A DNA stretch of 64,000 nt from Cenarchaeum sp. (GCA_963692915.1 OY843584.1:1184001-1248000), one strand, 5' to 3'; counted from the stretch's first letter, positions 20,101 to 29,865 are shown. Notes: generated by a model not told the origin, from the sequence alone. Made by a program: numbers and translations.

Positions 20101-21028
20101 CAGAGCCGACCGTGCCGACTCCCGTGACGTCAATGTCTGGCGCCGACGAGCCACGCTCGCCAATGCCCCATTCGCCAAGCGCGGTGGTTCCCGAGACCGG
20201 CCTGTCAAACGTGATGACAGTAGACGTCCTCGTCGACGTCTCTGCCGTAAAGGCGATCGACGCGGCGTATGACGCCGAGACCGTCTGCGCGGCCGGCGCG
20301 TTGCCGGCTCTGTCCCTGATCTTGGATGGCAGCCTTATCGTGTGCTCTACGCCCTGGGTCGCATCAGAGGCTAGCGTGAGCGTGATCCTTGACTGACCCA
20401 GCTGGACGACGTGCGGAGCCGAGCCGTCAAGCTCCACGTCAACTGTGCCCACAGTGACGCCGTACTCGTAGCGATAGACGCGCTGGGAGAACTGCAGGGC
20501 CTCATCAAAGGCGAGCACGATCGTGTCAGCCGCCGTGAACTGTGCAGTTGCAGTGGGTCGCGTGACGTCGATGGTCGGCAGGAGAAGGCCGACGTTCTCT
20601 GGAAGGTTCTGCGCAGGCGTGATGGTCATACCCTGCTCGCCGGGCAGCGTTATCGTGAACGTGAACGCCGAGCCTGCAGTTGGCATCAGACTCCCGGCGA
20701 CGACATAATCATGATACCATGTCGAGTCGTTGCCATCACGATCGTACATCGTCGCATCCGTGACGCCGGTGATCTTGCCTCCGGCGATCGTTATCGTCGG
20801 TGGCGAGTCGATTCCCGCATCAAGCCTCAGGTATGTGCGGATCGTGTCGCCAATGCCGGCGTATGACTTGTAGGGGCCGATCTTTTCGAGGCCCACTCGC
20901 GGCGGAACTGGATCAAGAACCGAGAACGTCAGCGATATCGCACTCGGCTCGGCGTGCGCACCACCATGCGCAAGGGTGGCGAGGAGCGCGGCGGCCATGA
21001 CACACACAACTGTAATGCTGCCATTCAT
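17144..21028 (-). CDS. Large secreted/surface protein with Ig-like repeats (1294 aa)
   Basis: Signal peptide (AHA/E); Thr-rich beta repeats FTA..T..T.VTF..VSG..W..H..TP.V.Y; DxAGN motif. Confidence 0.8.
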   Translation of the reverse strand: MNGSITVVCVMAAALLATLAHGGAHAEPSAISLTFSVLDPVPPRVGLEKIGPYKSYAGIGDTIRTYLRLDAGIDSPPTITIAGGKITGVTDATMYDRDGNDSTWYHDYVVAGSLMPTAGSAFTFTITLPGEQGMTITPAQNLPENVGLLLPTIDVTRPTATAQFTAADTIVLAFDEALQFSQRVYRYEYGVTVGTVDVELDGSAPHVVQLGQSRITLTLASDATQGVEHTIRLPSKIRDRAGNAPAAQTVSASYAASIAFTAETSTRTSTVITFDRPVSGTTALGEWGIGERGSSAPDIDVTGVGTVGSESLAIPGQSPRSTLTIFHGELGSTASTPEVSYTAPASGGLSGGQDSTLRVGSTGALPVMARDGAPPTLVSHGFDAYGLQVTATFSEPLGSASLDWVAISAPYMITGVESEGRELVAYVVPQRREGSPMLTFSTGVRDAASPTPNTLGEALTRQATYTVPFSARTATATMTVVTFTPAVSGTIEIGDWSMDHDDDNIVDGAIDAIHVGTSMVTASSAHTIPQGSPVTTMTITHSALDSTGQKPRVIYSDVSDSLSRTGHLPLRVFDTLATDGALPEFTAHRADPFDESAPSYIVTFSEAVMLAQGKSAPIADDWRLVSESSPGGIVPSSVMVDLARRTVTLGATATDHATLGEGVSIRYAPADTIRRLSIVDTAQPANALASPVTVPVAGPPRVVSAEFAAYGEIRVLFGADVDHSSVPSSLDVVRGEAPPDMPEDPACSAQGSLPPQCLPIPPLPIANRVAPDGPRTLVVSLVDERGSTYEARGDVAYSVRLPPTIMGSDGSAFAGSQESVSLRIIPSDASPDASRVLVYFPGNAPDRRTLADPPHPASRTDGPWGTLRVMPERGALPSDAAIGAAFDGTVSAAEADGSYISIQLDATRPSAPSHTVTIPTTLKRHVAGDLTPADNPQLVNIPFRFGTNTVPAFTAALTSPTTMTVTFTERLLGFAESTPSSWIIDLTPSTFPDATGDVARHLVFASHDLSDDGMSMSLTLPATSAQPADATPTVRYVPVGTPNFETERTCLHSDTVEPVCQAYLPRMSTAVSGTIPAGTETTALTVAVSAIVVEDDDDSTQTPKVQRGGQGARIAGPGHDIVITATLNEPASISADPTISVLGGAAHTMVDAPEDYRQTWTYVHRVVGGAASGPFTFEVTAIDGSTGAMVTVVQGASGAIEIDTSPPTVTSAHTASATVTLVTIDEPVSGDIVAAEWLVNGEAAVGVADGASGEFVRALRLSGAMGFALMHGDFGGTSVTPTVVYTPTTRDAGR

Positions 21029-21092
21029 CGTGACGCAAGAGTCCTTTTGCGCTTTTTAGTGTAATTGCGCCGTGCGCACGTCGACGTCACGG

Positions 21093-23840
21093 CTATTTCC
21101 CGCTGTCGGCCCATCGCCCCAGTGCGCCTCGCCGCTGCCCAATTGCGCGAACCGCAAGGAGCGGCGTGGCGACGGCGATGACGGCGATGAGCGGGGCGGC
21201 GAGCTCGGCATAGGACACCTCGGTCGGCGGCGGCAGAGGCGCATCGCGCAGGAGAGTCGATGCGGGCGCAGATATCTCGACGACTCCTATGCGTGCGGCC
21301 CCCGGCGCGGCATACCAGATGTTTCCCTCCGAGTCGACTGCGGTGAACTGGGCCTGCGCGTTTGGCGTCGGGAGCGCGATGCTGACGAGCTCACCAGAGG
21401 CGTCGTTGTGGAGCCCAAGCGCATCGACTGTGTGCTGCGCAAACCACGCGTTGCGGTGCCTGTCAAAGGAGACCGAGTTGGGCAGCGCGCCTGCGTCAGG
21501 GGCCATGACACGCGTAAATGTTCCAAGGAGCGGATCGAGGCGCGCAACGCCCCCTCCCTCGGCGTGCTCAGAGACCCACAGCCCGCCGCGCGGCCCGAAC
21601 GTGAGCGTCTCGGCGGTCCGCAGCGGCGGGTCGGGGGAAAACTCGGCGATCTCGCCGCTTGCCATGTCAATGCGGCCGACCTTGCCTCCGGTCAGCTCGG
21701 CAAACCACATCCCGCCGTGCGGTCCCTCGGCGAGGCCAAACGGCCGTGACTCGGGCGTCGGCGAAGTATGCGCGACGAACTCGCGCGTTGCCGGATCGTG
21801 CTCGAGGACTGTATTCCAGTTGGGCACGCTCACCCAGACAGTGCCGTCGCGCGCAGCATGTATCCACGTCGGCGTGGCTCGCAAGCCGTCAGACCCGAGG
21901 CCGTCGGGGATCTCTGTTGTGCTTATCGCGCGCGTCTGCGCGTCGATCGACCCAATGAGGGCCGACCGGCTGTCGGCAAACCAGACCGTCCGGTCATCGC
22001 CCACGCTAACGATCAGCGATCCGGTTCCCTCAAACTCGTGCGCGGCAAACTCGCCGGTCTGGCGATCCAGGCTCCAGACGCGCGGCATCGACGGGTCGCT
22101 GATCCAGATCGTCTGGCCACCGTGTGCGATATGGAGCGGAACTGCGCCCTCTGGCATGACATGCTCGGTGATCTTTATGCCGAGCTCGGAGGCCAGGGGT
22201 CGCGCAAAGGTGCTGATGCGAACCGACTCGTTTGCCGCACCAGACCTGATCGCCTCGACGTCAATGTCCCACGCGCCCCAGAACCCAAGGGTGAGCTCGC
22301 CGGTGTACACGCCGCCGTCGGCCTCGACCTTGACCTCGATGGGCGCGATCGCGCGCTGTGGGCTAGAGACCTTTACGCGAACCTCCTCGAGGTCATCGAG
22401 CGGCTCGCCGTCGGTGCCCGTGACGCCCACGCTGATCGTGTTGGGGCCGGCGGCGAGCGGCCAGAGCGAGACGCCAAAGGCCGCGCGCGCCGAGAACTCG
22501 GTCACATCGAGGCCAACGGGCGCCGGCGGGGCATAGTCTGTGGCTTCGCCTCCCGGAAGTGTCGTGTTGGTGAGGAGCGCCACGGCGGCCAGGAGGGCCA
22601 CGCCGAGAGTCGCCTCTAGGCGCAGGGAGCGCGTGAGGCGCATGACGGCGCGCCGGGCCCCGCGCGCGATAACTGACGAGTTGTATGCGCCGATTGCCAC
22701 CATGGTCGCGGCGATGGCGATCTTTGCGGCAAGGATCGCCCCGTATGTGGAGCCCGCGATGGCCATGACGCTGTCCTCAAGGAGCCACATCAATAGCGGT
22801 CCGGTTATGGCCGCCACGCCGACGCACGTGACAAATATTGCCGAGAGCGTCGGTATGGCCACCAGTGCGGCCTCGTCGGCCCGCTCGCCGAGGCGCCTGA
22901 GGGCAGGCATGACGGCGAGAAGGAGGTATGCGACGCCGCCAATCCAGACACCGGCGATCACATTGTGCGCATAGTCTAGCATGGCGGCGCCTTCACTGCT
23001 CGCCGAGCCGTGGCCGACCATAGTCATCGTGGCCGCAAGGGCCATGCCGAGTGCCGCAAAGGCCGCAACCCACGGCCTGCTCGGCCCCCCGCGCCGCTCG
23101 GCGACAAACCATGCGCCAAGCAGCGCCACAGTTATCACCGTCCTTGCTGCGATCGTACCGCCAAACGTCGTGCCCAGCGCGTCGATGACAGAGGCCTCGA
23201 GGCGAAACGACTGCGCGGCGAGCATGAAAACGTTGGAGGCCAGGACCATGATCGCACCGGCGCCGACTAGCGCCATAAAGCGCGAGCGATGAACCGACTC
23301 GGCCTCGCGCGCAAGGCCCAGCGCACGCCATGTCGAGGCGGTGATGAGCATCGCGACGGCAGCCCCGATAATGACGCTCTGCCCGATGAGTCCGGGCAGG
23401 CGCGCTGCGGCCTCTGGAACAAAGACCTGCGCGGCGGGCGCGACGGACTCGGCAGCGGCCGCGTCGATCGTGGCGCCGCCGACTGCAAAGATGAACGCGC
23501 CGCCAACGAGGTGCCCGTCAATTCGCGACAGGACACTGCTAGCAACGGTGTAAACACCGTCATCTAGCGGCGACGTCGTGACCCTCAGGGACACGTCGCC
23601 CTCGTGGTACGCCGTGTCCCCATTGTCAACCCTGCTGCCTGTCGAGTCGTACACCTTGAGCGAGCTAAAGTCGAGCTCGACTCCCTCAGAGTACCACACC
23701 GTCACGTGATCGGTGCCCAGCGGGGCACTAGAGAGGCGCTGCGGCATCGTCTCCTCGATGAACGGGTGTGCCCATGCCGACGGGGACATGAGGGTGAGGA
23801 TGGCGAGTGCGGCCAGCGCAATGACTGCCCTGTGAACCAT
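21093..23840 (-). CDS. CopC-CopD-Ig-like-Vgb-type beta-propeller fusion (copper uptake/resistance)
   Basis: AWA/HP (His1), DGH, multi-TM CopD with GH and H..AGVWIGG, propeller repeats (G.MWFAE..G.VGR). Confidence 0.85.
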   Translation of the reverse strand: MVHRAVIALAALAILTLMSPSAWAHPFIEETMPQRLSSAPLGTDHVTVWYSEGVELDFSSLKVYDSTGSRVDNGDTAYHEGDVSLRVTTSPLDDGVYTVASSVLSRIDGHLVGGAFIFAVGGATIDAAAAESVAPAAQVFVPEAAARLPGLIGQSVIIGAAVAMLITASTWRALGLAREAESVHRSRFMALVGAGAIMVLASNVFMLAAQSFRLEASVIDALGTTFGGTIAARTVITVALLGAWFVAERRGGPSRPWVAAFAALGMALAATMTMVGHGSASSEGAAMLDYAHNVIAGVWIGGVAYLLLAVMPALRRLGERADEAALVAIPTLSAIFVTCVGVAAITGPLLMWLLEDSVMAIAGSTYGAILAAKIAIAATMVAIGAYNSSVIARGARRAVMRLTRSLRLEATLGVALLAAVALLTNTTLPGGEATDYAPPAPVGLDVTEFSARAAFGVSLWPLAAGPNTISVGVTGTDGEPLDDLEEVRVKVSSPQRAIAPIEVKVEADGGVYTGELTLGFWGAWDIDVEAIRSGAANESVRISTFARPLASELGIKITEHVMPEGAVPLHIAHGGQTIWISDPSMPRVWSLDRQTGEFAAHEFEGTGSLIVSVGDDRTVWFADSRSALIGSIDAQTRAISTTEIPDGLGSDGLRATPTWIHAARDGTVWVSVPNWNTVLEHDPATREFVAHTSPTPESRPFGLAEGPHGGMWFAELTGGKVGRIDMASGEIAEFSPDPPLRTAETLTFGPRGGLWVSEHAEGGGVARLDPLLGTFTRVMAPDAGALPNSVSFDRHRNAWFAQHTVDALGLHNDASGELVSIALPTPNAQAQFTAVDSEGNIWYAAPGAARIGVVEISAPASTLLRDAPLPPPTEVSYAELAAPLIAVIAVATPLLAVRAIGQRRGALGRWADSGK

Positions 23841-23891
23841 GCGTCGGCACGCGAGATCAGGCAATTTAAAGAGTGGGCCGCGCGGTGCGCC

Positions 23892-24575
23892 TCACAGGCC
23901 AAATTCTGACTTTATGTTGCGATACAGCAGGCGCATGTTCTCGTTGACTGCATGAATCCTTGTCGCAGACTCGGCGCCGATGGCCTCGGCGTCGGCCCTT
24001 GATATTCCCCCCCTTGCGCGCGATGCGGCATCAAGCCAAGAGCGAACCATGCCGGGTCCGACCTCTAGGTGAAACTGGACGCCAAGCGCGCGGCCGATGC
24101 AGAACGCCTGGTTCTCGTATGACGCCGAGTGCGCGAGGCGTGTCGCGCCATCGGGCAGGTCAAACGTGTCATTGTGCCAGTGGAACGCCGCAAAGGGGCT
24201 CTTGAATCCGGCCATGATGCCGTCTTGCGTGTCTGGCACCAGGTCGCCATAGAATCCAATCTCGGGTTTTGGGCCGCGCCAGACGCGCGCGCCGAGCGCA
24301 CGGGCCAGGAGCTGTGAGCCAAAGCATATCCCGATGACCGGAGTGTCGCGATCGACGCACGAGCGCATGAGCGACTCCTCCTCGCGCAGGTACGCCAGGT
24401 CGTCGTTTGCGCCCTCGGGGGCGCCGAGTGCCACGAGGAGCTCAAAGCCCTCGTGCGGGATGCTGCCGAGGCGCGCATCGACTGTGTGGAGCTCAAAGCC
24501 GTCATCCTCAAGGAGGCTGCCGAGGAGTCCGGGACCCTCAAGCGGCGAGTTTTGGAGTACGAGTGCCCGTGTCAT
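23892..24575 (-). CDS. Class I glutamine amidotransferase
   Basis: GICFGSQ, HWHNDTF, QFHLE. Confidence 0.9.
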   Translation of the reverse strand: MTRALVLQNSPLEGPGLLGSLLEDDGFELHTVDARLGSIPHEGFELLVALGAPEGANDDLAYLREEESLMRSCVDRDTPVIGICFGSQLLARALGARVWRGPKPEIGFYGDLVPDTQDGIMAGFKSPFAAFHWHNDTFDLPDGATRLAHSASYENQAFCIGRALGVQFHLEVGPGMVRSWLDAASRARGGISRADAEAIGAESATRIHAVNENMRLLYRNIKSEFGL

Positions 24576-24587
24576 CGCGGCGAGACC

Positions 24588-25862
24588 CTAGGGCCATATG
24601 CCGCGGTGCTCAAAGGCCTCGACGACCCTGCCCACGGCGAGAACCATGGCGGCCTTGCGCATGTCAATCTTGTGCTTTTTGGAGAGCGCGTGAGTGTCGT
24701 TGAATCCGCGCACAATGTGCTCCTCCATCTTTTTTGCGACCTCGTCAAAGGTCCAATAGTAGCCCATGTTGTTCTGGACCCACTCCATGTACGATATGCA
24801 CACGCCGCCCGAGTTTGCGAGTATGTCCGGCACGACCATTATCTTTTTGGAGTGTATGACGGGATCCGCCTCGGGCAGCGTCGGGCCGTTGGCCGCCTCG
24901 CCTATTATCTTGCAGCGCAGGCGTGATGCGAGCTTTGCGTCGATCTGGTTCTCTAGTGCTGCAGGTATGAGAATGTCGCACTTTAGCGTAAGGAGATCTT
25001 CTGTCGATATCTTTTTGCTGCCCGGAAATCCGACGACTGTTCCTTTCTTTGCCTTCCAGTCCTCGATCTTTGCCATCTTTGCGCCGCGCGGGATTGATAT
25101 CGAGCCGCGAGAGTCGCTTGCGCCAATGACAGTCGCGCCCTGCTTTTCAAGATACTCGCCGGCAAACGTTGCGGCGTTTCCAAATCCCTGCAGGACGACA
25201 GTCGCGCCGCGCATTTTTACCTTGAGAACCTTTGCGGCCTCACGCACACAGTATGCCGTGCCAAGACCCGTGGCGACGTTGCGCGCAAGGGAGCCGCCCA
25301 TCGGGATCGGCTTGCCCGTTATGACCCCAGGCAGCCGGCGGTTGCCGTTCATCTTTGAGAACGTGTCCATTATCTGCGTCATCTCGCGGCCAGTCGTGTA
25401 CACGTCAGGTGCGGGGATGTCCTTTTCCGGGCCGATGACCTCGGATATCGCGTAGGCGAACCCGCGCGTCAGGCGTTCCATCTCGCCGGCGCTGAGCTTT
25501 TCCTTTTTCGGGTTTACGAATATTGCGCCCTTGCCGCCGCCGAGCGGGACGTCAACGACTGCGCACTTCCACGTCATCCACGACGAGAGTGCCATGACCT
25601 CGCGCTCCATGTACTCCGCGCCGCCGGCCGGATCAAAGTACCTGATGCCGCCCTTGTACGGACCCCTGTCGTTGTTGTGCTGCGAGCGAAATCCGACAAA
25701 GACGCGAATCTTGCCGTTGTCCATGCGAACCGGTATCTTTACGCGCACCAGTCGGTTTGGCATCGCAAGGTATTCGCGAAGGCCCTTGTCATTTATCCCA
25801 AGGATGTCGCACGCGTCATTGACCTGTTTGGTCGCGTTCTCAAAGGGGTCAGCACCGGCCAT
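24588..25862 (-). CDS. gdhA: Glutamate dehydrogenase
   Basis: GPYKGGIR, GGGKG, DIPAPD, QGFGNA, EAANGP; start chosen about 30 bp after TTAAATAT. Confidence 0.95.
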   Translation of the reverse strand: MAGADPFENATKQVNDACDILGINDKGLREYLAMPNRLVRVKIPVRMDNGKIRVFVGFRSQHNNDRGPYKGGIRYFDPAGGAEYMEREVMALSSWMTWKCAVVDVPLGGGKGAIFVNPKKEKLSAGEMERLTRGFAYAISEVIGPEKDIPAPDVYTTGREMTQIMDTFSKMNGNRRLPGVITGKPIPMGGSLARNVATGLGTAYCVREAAKVLKVKMRGATVVLQGFGNAATFAGEYLEKQGATVIGASDSRGSISIPRGAKMAKIEDWKAKKGTVVGFPGSKKISTEDLLTLKCDILIPAALENQIDAKLASRLRCKIIGEAANGPTLPEADPVIHSKKIMVVPDILANSGGVCISYMEWVQNNMGYYWTFDEVAKKMEEHIVRGFNDTHALSKKHKIDMRKAAMVLAVGRVVEAFEHRGIWP

Positions 25863-26048
25863 GCCCACAGGCACGCCATAGGGGTCGCGCATATTTAAGT
25901 CTGACATGGATGCTGTGGCATTGCCCTGTGCGAAAAGTAGTGGACTGGGCAGGAATGCTCGTCGGGCGCAGATCCGTGCAGCTTGCGTGTCGCGCCCACG
26001 CCTGCGGCGCTTAGGCTTAAATTGACAAGATTTGGCCATTGCCCCATT

Positions 26049-26768
26049 ATGATGGGATCGCGGGGATATGACATGACCCCCACAATGTACTCGCCAGACG
26101 GCCGCATATACCAGGTCGAGTATGCGATCGAGACCGTAAAGCGCGGCACGCTCGCCGTAGGCATAAAGTGCGATGCGGGCATCGTCATGGCAGTCGAGGA
26201 GAAGCCGCGAGCGCTGCAGGCAAACGACATCACCCAAAAGATATTCAGGGTCGACGGGCACATCGGCGTTGCTGCGGCCGGATACATTCCCGACGCGCGC
26301 GTCCAGGTCGACAACGCAAGGATGTTCTCGCAGGGCAATCGCCTGACATATGACGAGTCCGTCGAGGTCGAGACGGTCGCAAAGCACCTCGCCGACCAGT
26401 GCCACCAGTTTACGCAGTATTCGGGGGTGCGGCCCTACGGCGTTGCGCTCATCGTCGCCGGCGTGGACCAAAAGGGCCAGTCGATATACGTGACTGACCC
26501 GAGCGGGACGTATGTCCAGTACGCCGCAGTCGCCATAGGGGCCGGTGCCGAGGAGGTCAATGACTTTTTGGAAAAGCACTATTCGCCGTCGATGAGCATG
26601 GAGGACGCCTCTGCACTCGCAGTCGCCGCAATCAACCTAAAGTCCGAGACGCCAGACGGGACTGACCACATAAAGATGGCCCGCATCGTCAACGGCGGCG
26701 AGCTTGCCAGGGTCGAGAACGGCGAGCTCGGCAGTCACGCCGAGGCATCCAGACGCTTTGGGCGCTAG
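26049..26768 (+). CDS. psmA: Proteasome alpha subunit
   Basis: YD..PTMYSPDGRIYQVEYA, RPYGV, DPSG. Confidence 0.97.
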   Translation: MMGSRGYDMTPTMYSPDGRIYQVEYAIETVKRGTLAVGIKCDAGIVMAVEEKPRALQANDITQKIFRVDGHIGVAAAGYIPDARVQVDNARMFSQGNRLTYDESVEVETVAKHLADQCHQFTQYSGVRPYGVALIVAGVDQKGQSIYVTDPSGTYVQYAAVAIGAGAEEVNDFLEKHYSPSMSMEDASALAVAAINLKSETPDGTDHIKMARIVNGGELARVENGELGSHAEASRRFGR

Positions 26769-26795
26769 GGCACAGGTTCAAATTATGCGCCGCGC

Positions 26796-27497
26796 ATGGG
26801 CGGCTCGATGGGACTCGGTGGGGAATGGAACGGCGTAATCGACGCGCTGCGCGAGATCATACCGGTATATGACAGGGTGAATCGCGCAATATCGCTGGGA
26901 ACCGCCGAGCCCAACAGGAAGCGCGGCCTGGCCGGTCGCATCAACGCCGGCGACTCTGTGCTAGATGCGGGCTCGGGCTTTGGCAACATGTCGCGCGTCG
27001 CACTAGAGGAGTGCGGTGGCAAGATGACGCTCACTCTCCATGACGCGCTAGTTCCCATGCTTCGCGCCGCCGGTGGGCGCCTCGGCGAACCGGTTGGGCG
27101 CTCGTGCGGCGTCTTTGAGGCTATGCCCTATCGTGACGCACAGTTTGACGTTGTCATGTGCGGCTATTCACTGCGCGATGCGATAAGCCTAAGGACTGCA
27201 ATATCCGAGATTCACCGCGTCCTGCGCAAGGGCGGGCGCCTCGTCATCGTCGACCTCGGCAAGCCCGACTCGGCGATCCTGCGCGCCGGCGTCGGCGCGT
27301 ACCTGAGGGCGATTCTGCCAGTCGTTGCGTTCTGCGCCGGTGGGCGCCTCGGCCTGCGCTTTGGCGCGCTATATGGGACGTACACGAGGTGGCCGCGCAA
27401 CTCGGAGCTGCGCAGGCTCCTCCTCGAGCACTTTGGGCGCGTCGAGTTTGAGACGGGTCTCATGGGAGGCGCGATCATGGTCGCAGCGCACAAATGA
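26796..27497 (+). CDS. UbiE/MenG-like SAM methyltransferase
   Basis: YDRVNRAISLG, LDAGSGFG, EIHRVLRKGG. Confidence 0.85.
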   Translation: MGGSMGLGGEWNGVIDALREIIPVYDRVNRAISLGTAEPNRKRGLAGRINAGDSVLDAGSGFGNMSRVALEECGGKMTLTLHDALVPMLRAAGGRLGEPVGRSCGVFEAMPYRDAQFDVVMCGYSLRDAISLRTAISEIHRVLRKGGRLVIVDLGKPDSAILRAGVGAYLRAILPVVAFCAGGRLGLRFGALYGTYTRWPRNSELRRLLLEHFGRVEFETGLMGGAIMVAAHK

Positions 27498-28660
27498 ACC
27501 GCGCGATCGCCCTAGTCAACGCGACTGGCATACTCATCGGCATAGCGTATGGCATGCACGGGCCAATACTGCCCGTCTTTGCAAGCACGACTATCGGCGC
27601 GTCATACGCCGAGTTGGGCCTCATCGGCCTTGCAAACTTTGTGCCATACATGTTTGTGCCACTCCTCGTCGGCCTCCTCCTCGACAGGTTCAACAGCGCG
27701 CGCCTCCTTCTCGTCGGCATCGTCATAAACGCAACGGCGCTGTACCTGCTCTCGATTGCCGAGTCCGTGCCCGAGATAATGGCATACCGCGCAATGACCG
27801 GAGTCGCACACGCGTTCTTTTGGCCGCCGAGTGAGGCCATACTCTCAAAGTTCTCCCCCGGCGGGAGCCGTGTTGCGAACATATCGAGGTTCACCGGCCT
27901 CTTTGTCGGCGGCTTTACCATCGGCCCGCTAATCGCCTCGTTCATGCTAGCCGGAGCCGAGGGTGACGGCGAGGCGTACAGGACCGTCTTTGCCGTCGCG
28001 GCGTATGTGCTAGCCGCTGCGATGATCACGTCGATTCCGCTCTCGCGCGCTGACACGCGCGAAAAGATCCAAAAGTGGTCATTCGTCGCGTTTCGCCGGA
28101 TTGCAAAGTTTCCAGAGGTCATCACGATGCTCCTCTACCTCACGGCGGCCTTTGGCATGATACTCACGATATACCCCGCGTTCCTCCACGAGCGCGGGAT
28201 CGGCGACATTGGGATCGGCATCCTCTTTTTCGTGTTTGGCGTCTCGCGCATAGTCTCGCTCTTTACGGCCGGCCGGCTCGCGCAGAGGAGGGGCCTCACC
28301 ATGAGCACGGTGACAGCATCGATCGCCGGTGCGCTCCTCCTGTCGTTCTTTGCTGATGGCATGGTCGCCTTTGCCGTCTCGATGGTACTCATGGGGTTTG
28401 GCTTTAGCATATTCTTCCCGCTCACGCTTGACATCGTCCTTGGCAAGGCGGGGCGCGGCGAGGAGGGCAGCATGATAGGCGTGTATGAGACGATATTTGG
28501 AATCGGCTGGGCCGCCGGACCCATCGCAGCAGGCCTCATATCGCAATACTGGGGCGGTGCGGCGCCCTATTTGGCGTTCTTTGCCGTCGGTGTCGCCGTG
28601 ACTGCAATGTCCGTCATTCGTCGGCGCCAGCTCGAGCCGTCTAGGCGCGCGAACCCTTAA
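27494..28660 (+). CDS. MFS transporter
   Basis: About 12 TM helices; GLLLDRFN motif A. Confidence 0.9.
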   Translation: MNRAIALVNATGILIGIAYGMHGPILPVFASTTIGASYAELGLIGLANFVPYMFVPLLVGLLLDRFNSARLLLVGIVINATALYLLSIAESVPEIMAYRAMTGVAHAFFWPPSEAILSKFSPGGSRVANISRFTGLFVGGFTIGPLIASFMLAGAEGDGEAYRTVFAVAAYVLAAAMITSIPLSRADTREKIQKWSFVAFRRIAKFPEVITMLLYLTAAFGMILTIYPAFLHERGIGDIGIGILFFVFGVSRIVSLFTAGRLAQRRGLTMSTVTASIAGALLLSFFADGMVAFAVSMVLMGFGFSIFFPLTLDIVLGKAGRGEEGSMIGVYETIFGIGWAAGPIAAGLISQYWGGAAPYLAFFAVGVAVTAMSVIRRRQLEPSRRANP

Positions 28661-28688
28661 TTTGGGAGGGCGCCGGAGGCGTGGACGC

Positions 28689-29012
28689 ATGGAGGGCATT
28701 GTGCTCAACATTGGCGGGAGCGAGTGGGTTCTCATCGCGTTCGTCGCTCTCATCGTTCTCCTTGGAACGAACAGGCTGCCCGGCGTGGCGCGCCGGCTCG
28801 GAAAGCTAGCCGGCGAGTATGACAAGGCCAAAACGGAGATCCGCGGCCACGCCGAGGGCATGGGCGGCATGAGGCCGACGGGGCCGATGGGCACAGAGGC
28901 CGAAAAGCTTGACGCAATGGCCGCAACACTTGGCATAGAGCGCAACGGGCGGACTGATGAGGAGATGCGCAGGCTCATCTCCGAGGGCGTCGGCGGCAAG
29001 GCCGGCGCCTAG
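28689..29012 (+). CDS. tatA: Twin-arginine translocase TatA/E family subunit
   Basis: IGGSEW..LLG..RLP..AR.LGK. Confidence 0.8.
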   Translation: MEGIVLNIGGSEWVLIAFVALIVLLGTNRLPGVARRLGKLAGEYDKAKTEIRGHAEGMGGMRPTGPMGTEAEKLDAMAATLGIERNGRTDEEMRRLISEGVGGKAGA

Positions 29013-29785
29013 GGCAGGTACTTGCCAGACTCTAGTCTGCCCTTTGCAAACTCGTAATACTCGGGGGCGACCTCAAAGCCGACATAGCGCCTCTTCATCA
29101 GGTTCGCGATGACTGCGACCTGTCCCGAGCCGAGGAACGGATCCATGACCACGTCACCTTCGATGCTAGAGTGCTCGAGCATCTTTTCGACTAGCTCGCG
29201 CGGGAGCTTTGTTGGCGTCTTTTGCCTGCCCGTCCAGTATTCGCGCTTTATCTCCCACACGTCCTCCTTGTCGCGATAGTGCGCGCTGTGCCCGTCATCG
29301 GTCCGGTCACGCGGCCCGAATCGCGCAAATGGGTAAAAGCGGCGCTTTGATGCGCTCTTGCAGACATAGAGGCAGTGATAGTGCGACGTGACGAACTTTT
29401 TTTTCGTAACTACGCCAAACTGGTACTTCCATATGATATGGTTTACCGTCACAAACCCCGTCTCATCGAGCGCAGTTAGCACGTCCTTTAGCCTGTTCCA
29501 CCCCGAAAAGACGTACATGCTTGCAGTGTCGGCCATGACGCGGTGCGCCAGCGCCATCCATGACCGCGTAAACCCCAGATAGTCAGCCGCACTGACCTCG
29601 CTGTACCCCCTCATCACGCGCGAGTCGGTCCTGTTATAGTTGGCCCGCGAGGGCGCAAAGTCTATCGCAAACGGCGGATCCGTGATCACAAGGTCAACGC
29701 ACGAGTCGGGCAGATCGGCCATTCCGCGGTTGCACTCAATGTTGCGTATATGGGACTTGATTGCAGCGTGCGGGCGGCGTGCCAT
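29009..29785 (-). CDS. Orphan beta-class N4/N6 DNA methyltransferase
   Basis: DLVITDPPF precedes PTKLP and DPFLGSG; host-like GC. Confidence 0.9.
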   Translation of the reverse strand: MARRPHAAIKSHIRNIECNRGMADLPDSCVDLVITDPPFAIDFAPSRANYNRTDSRVMRGYSEVSAADYLGFTRSWMALAHRVMADTASMYVFSGWNRLKDVLTALDETGFVTVNHIIWKYQFGVVTKKKFVTSHYHCLYVCKSASKRRFYPFARFGPRDRTDDGHSAHYRDKEDVWEIKREYWTGRQKTPTKLPRELVEKMLEHSSIEGDVVMDPFLGSGQVAVIANLMKRRYVGFEVAPEYYEFAKGRLESGKYLP

Positions 29786-29865
29786 GCGTGGCGTGCGGGC
29801 GGCGTGCGCTATATCAACTAGGCGCGGACATCGTGCCTTTCCGCCTTTTCTTTCCGGGATCGCGC

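Noticed and set aside
21289-22619. Long plus-strand ORFs opposite the CopCD gene (and similar antisense ORFs throughout)
   Set aside because: Codon-bias shadows of real genes on the other strand.
25863-26579. N-terminal extension of gdhA (663-aa ORF)
   Set aside because: Antisense shadow of psmA; GDH similarity starts near 25862, after a TATA box.
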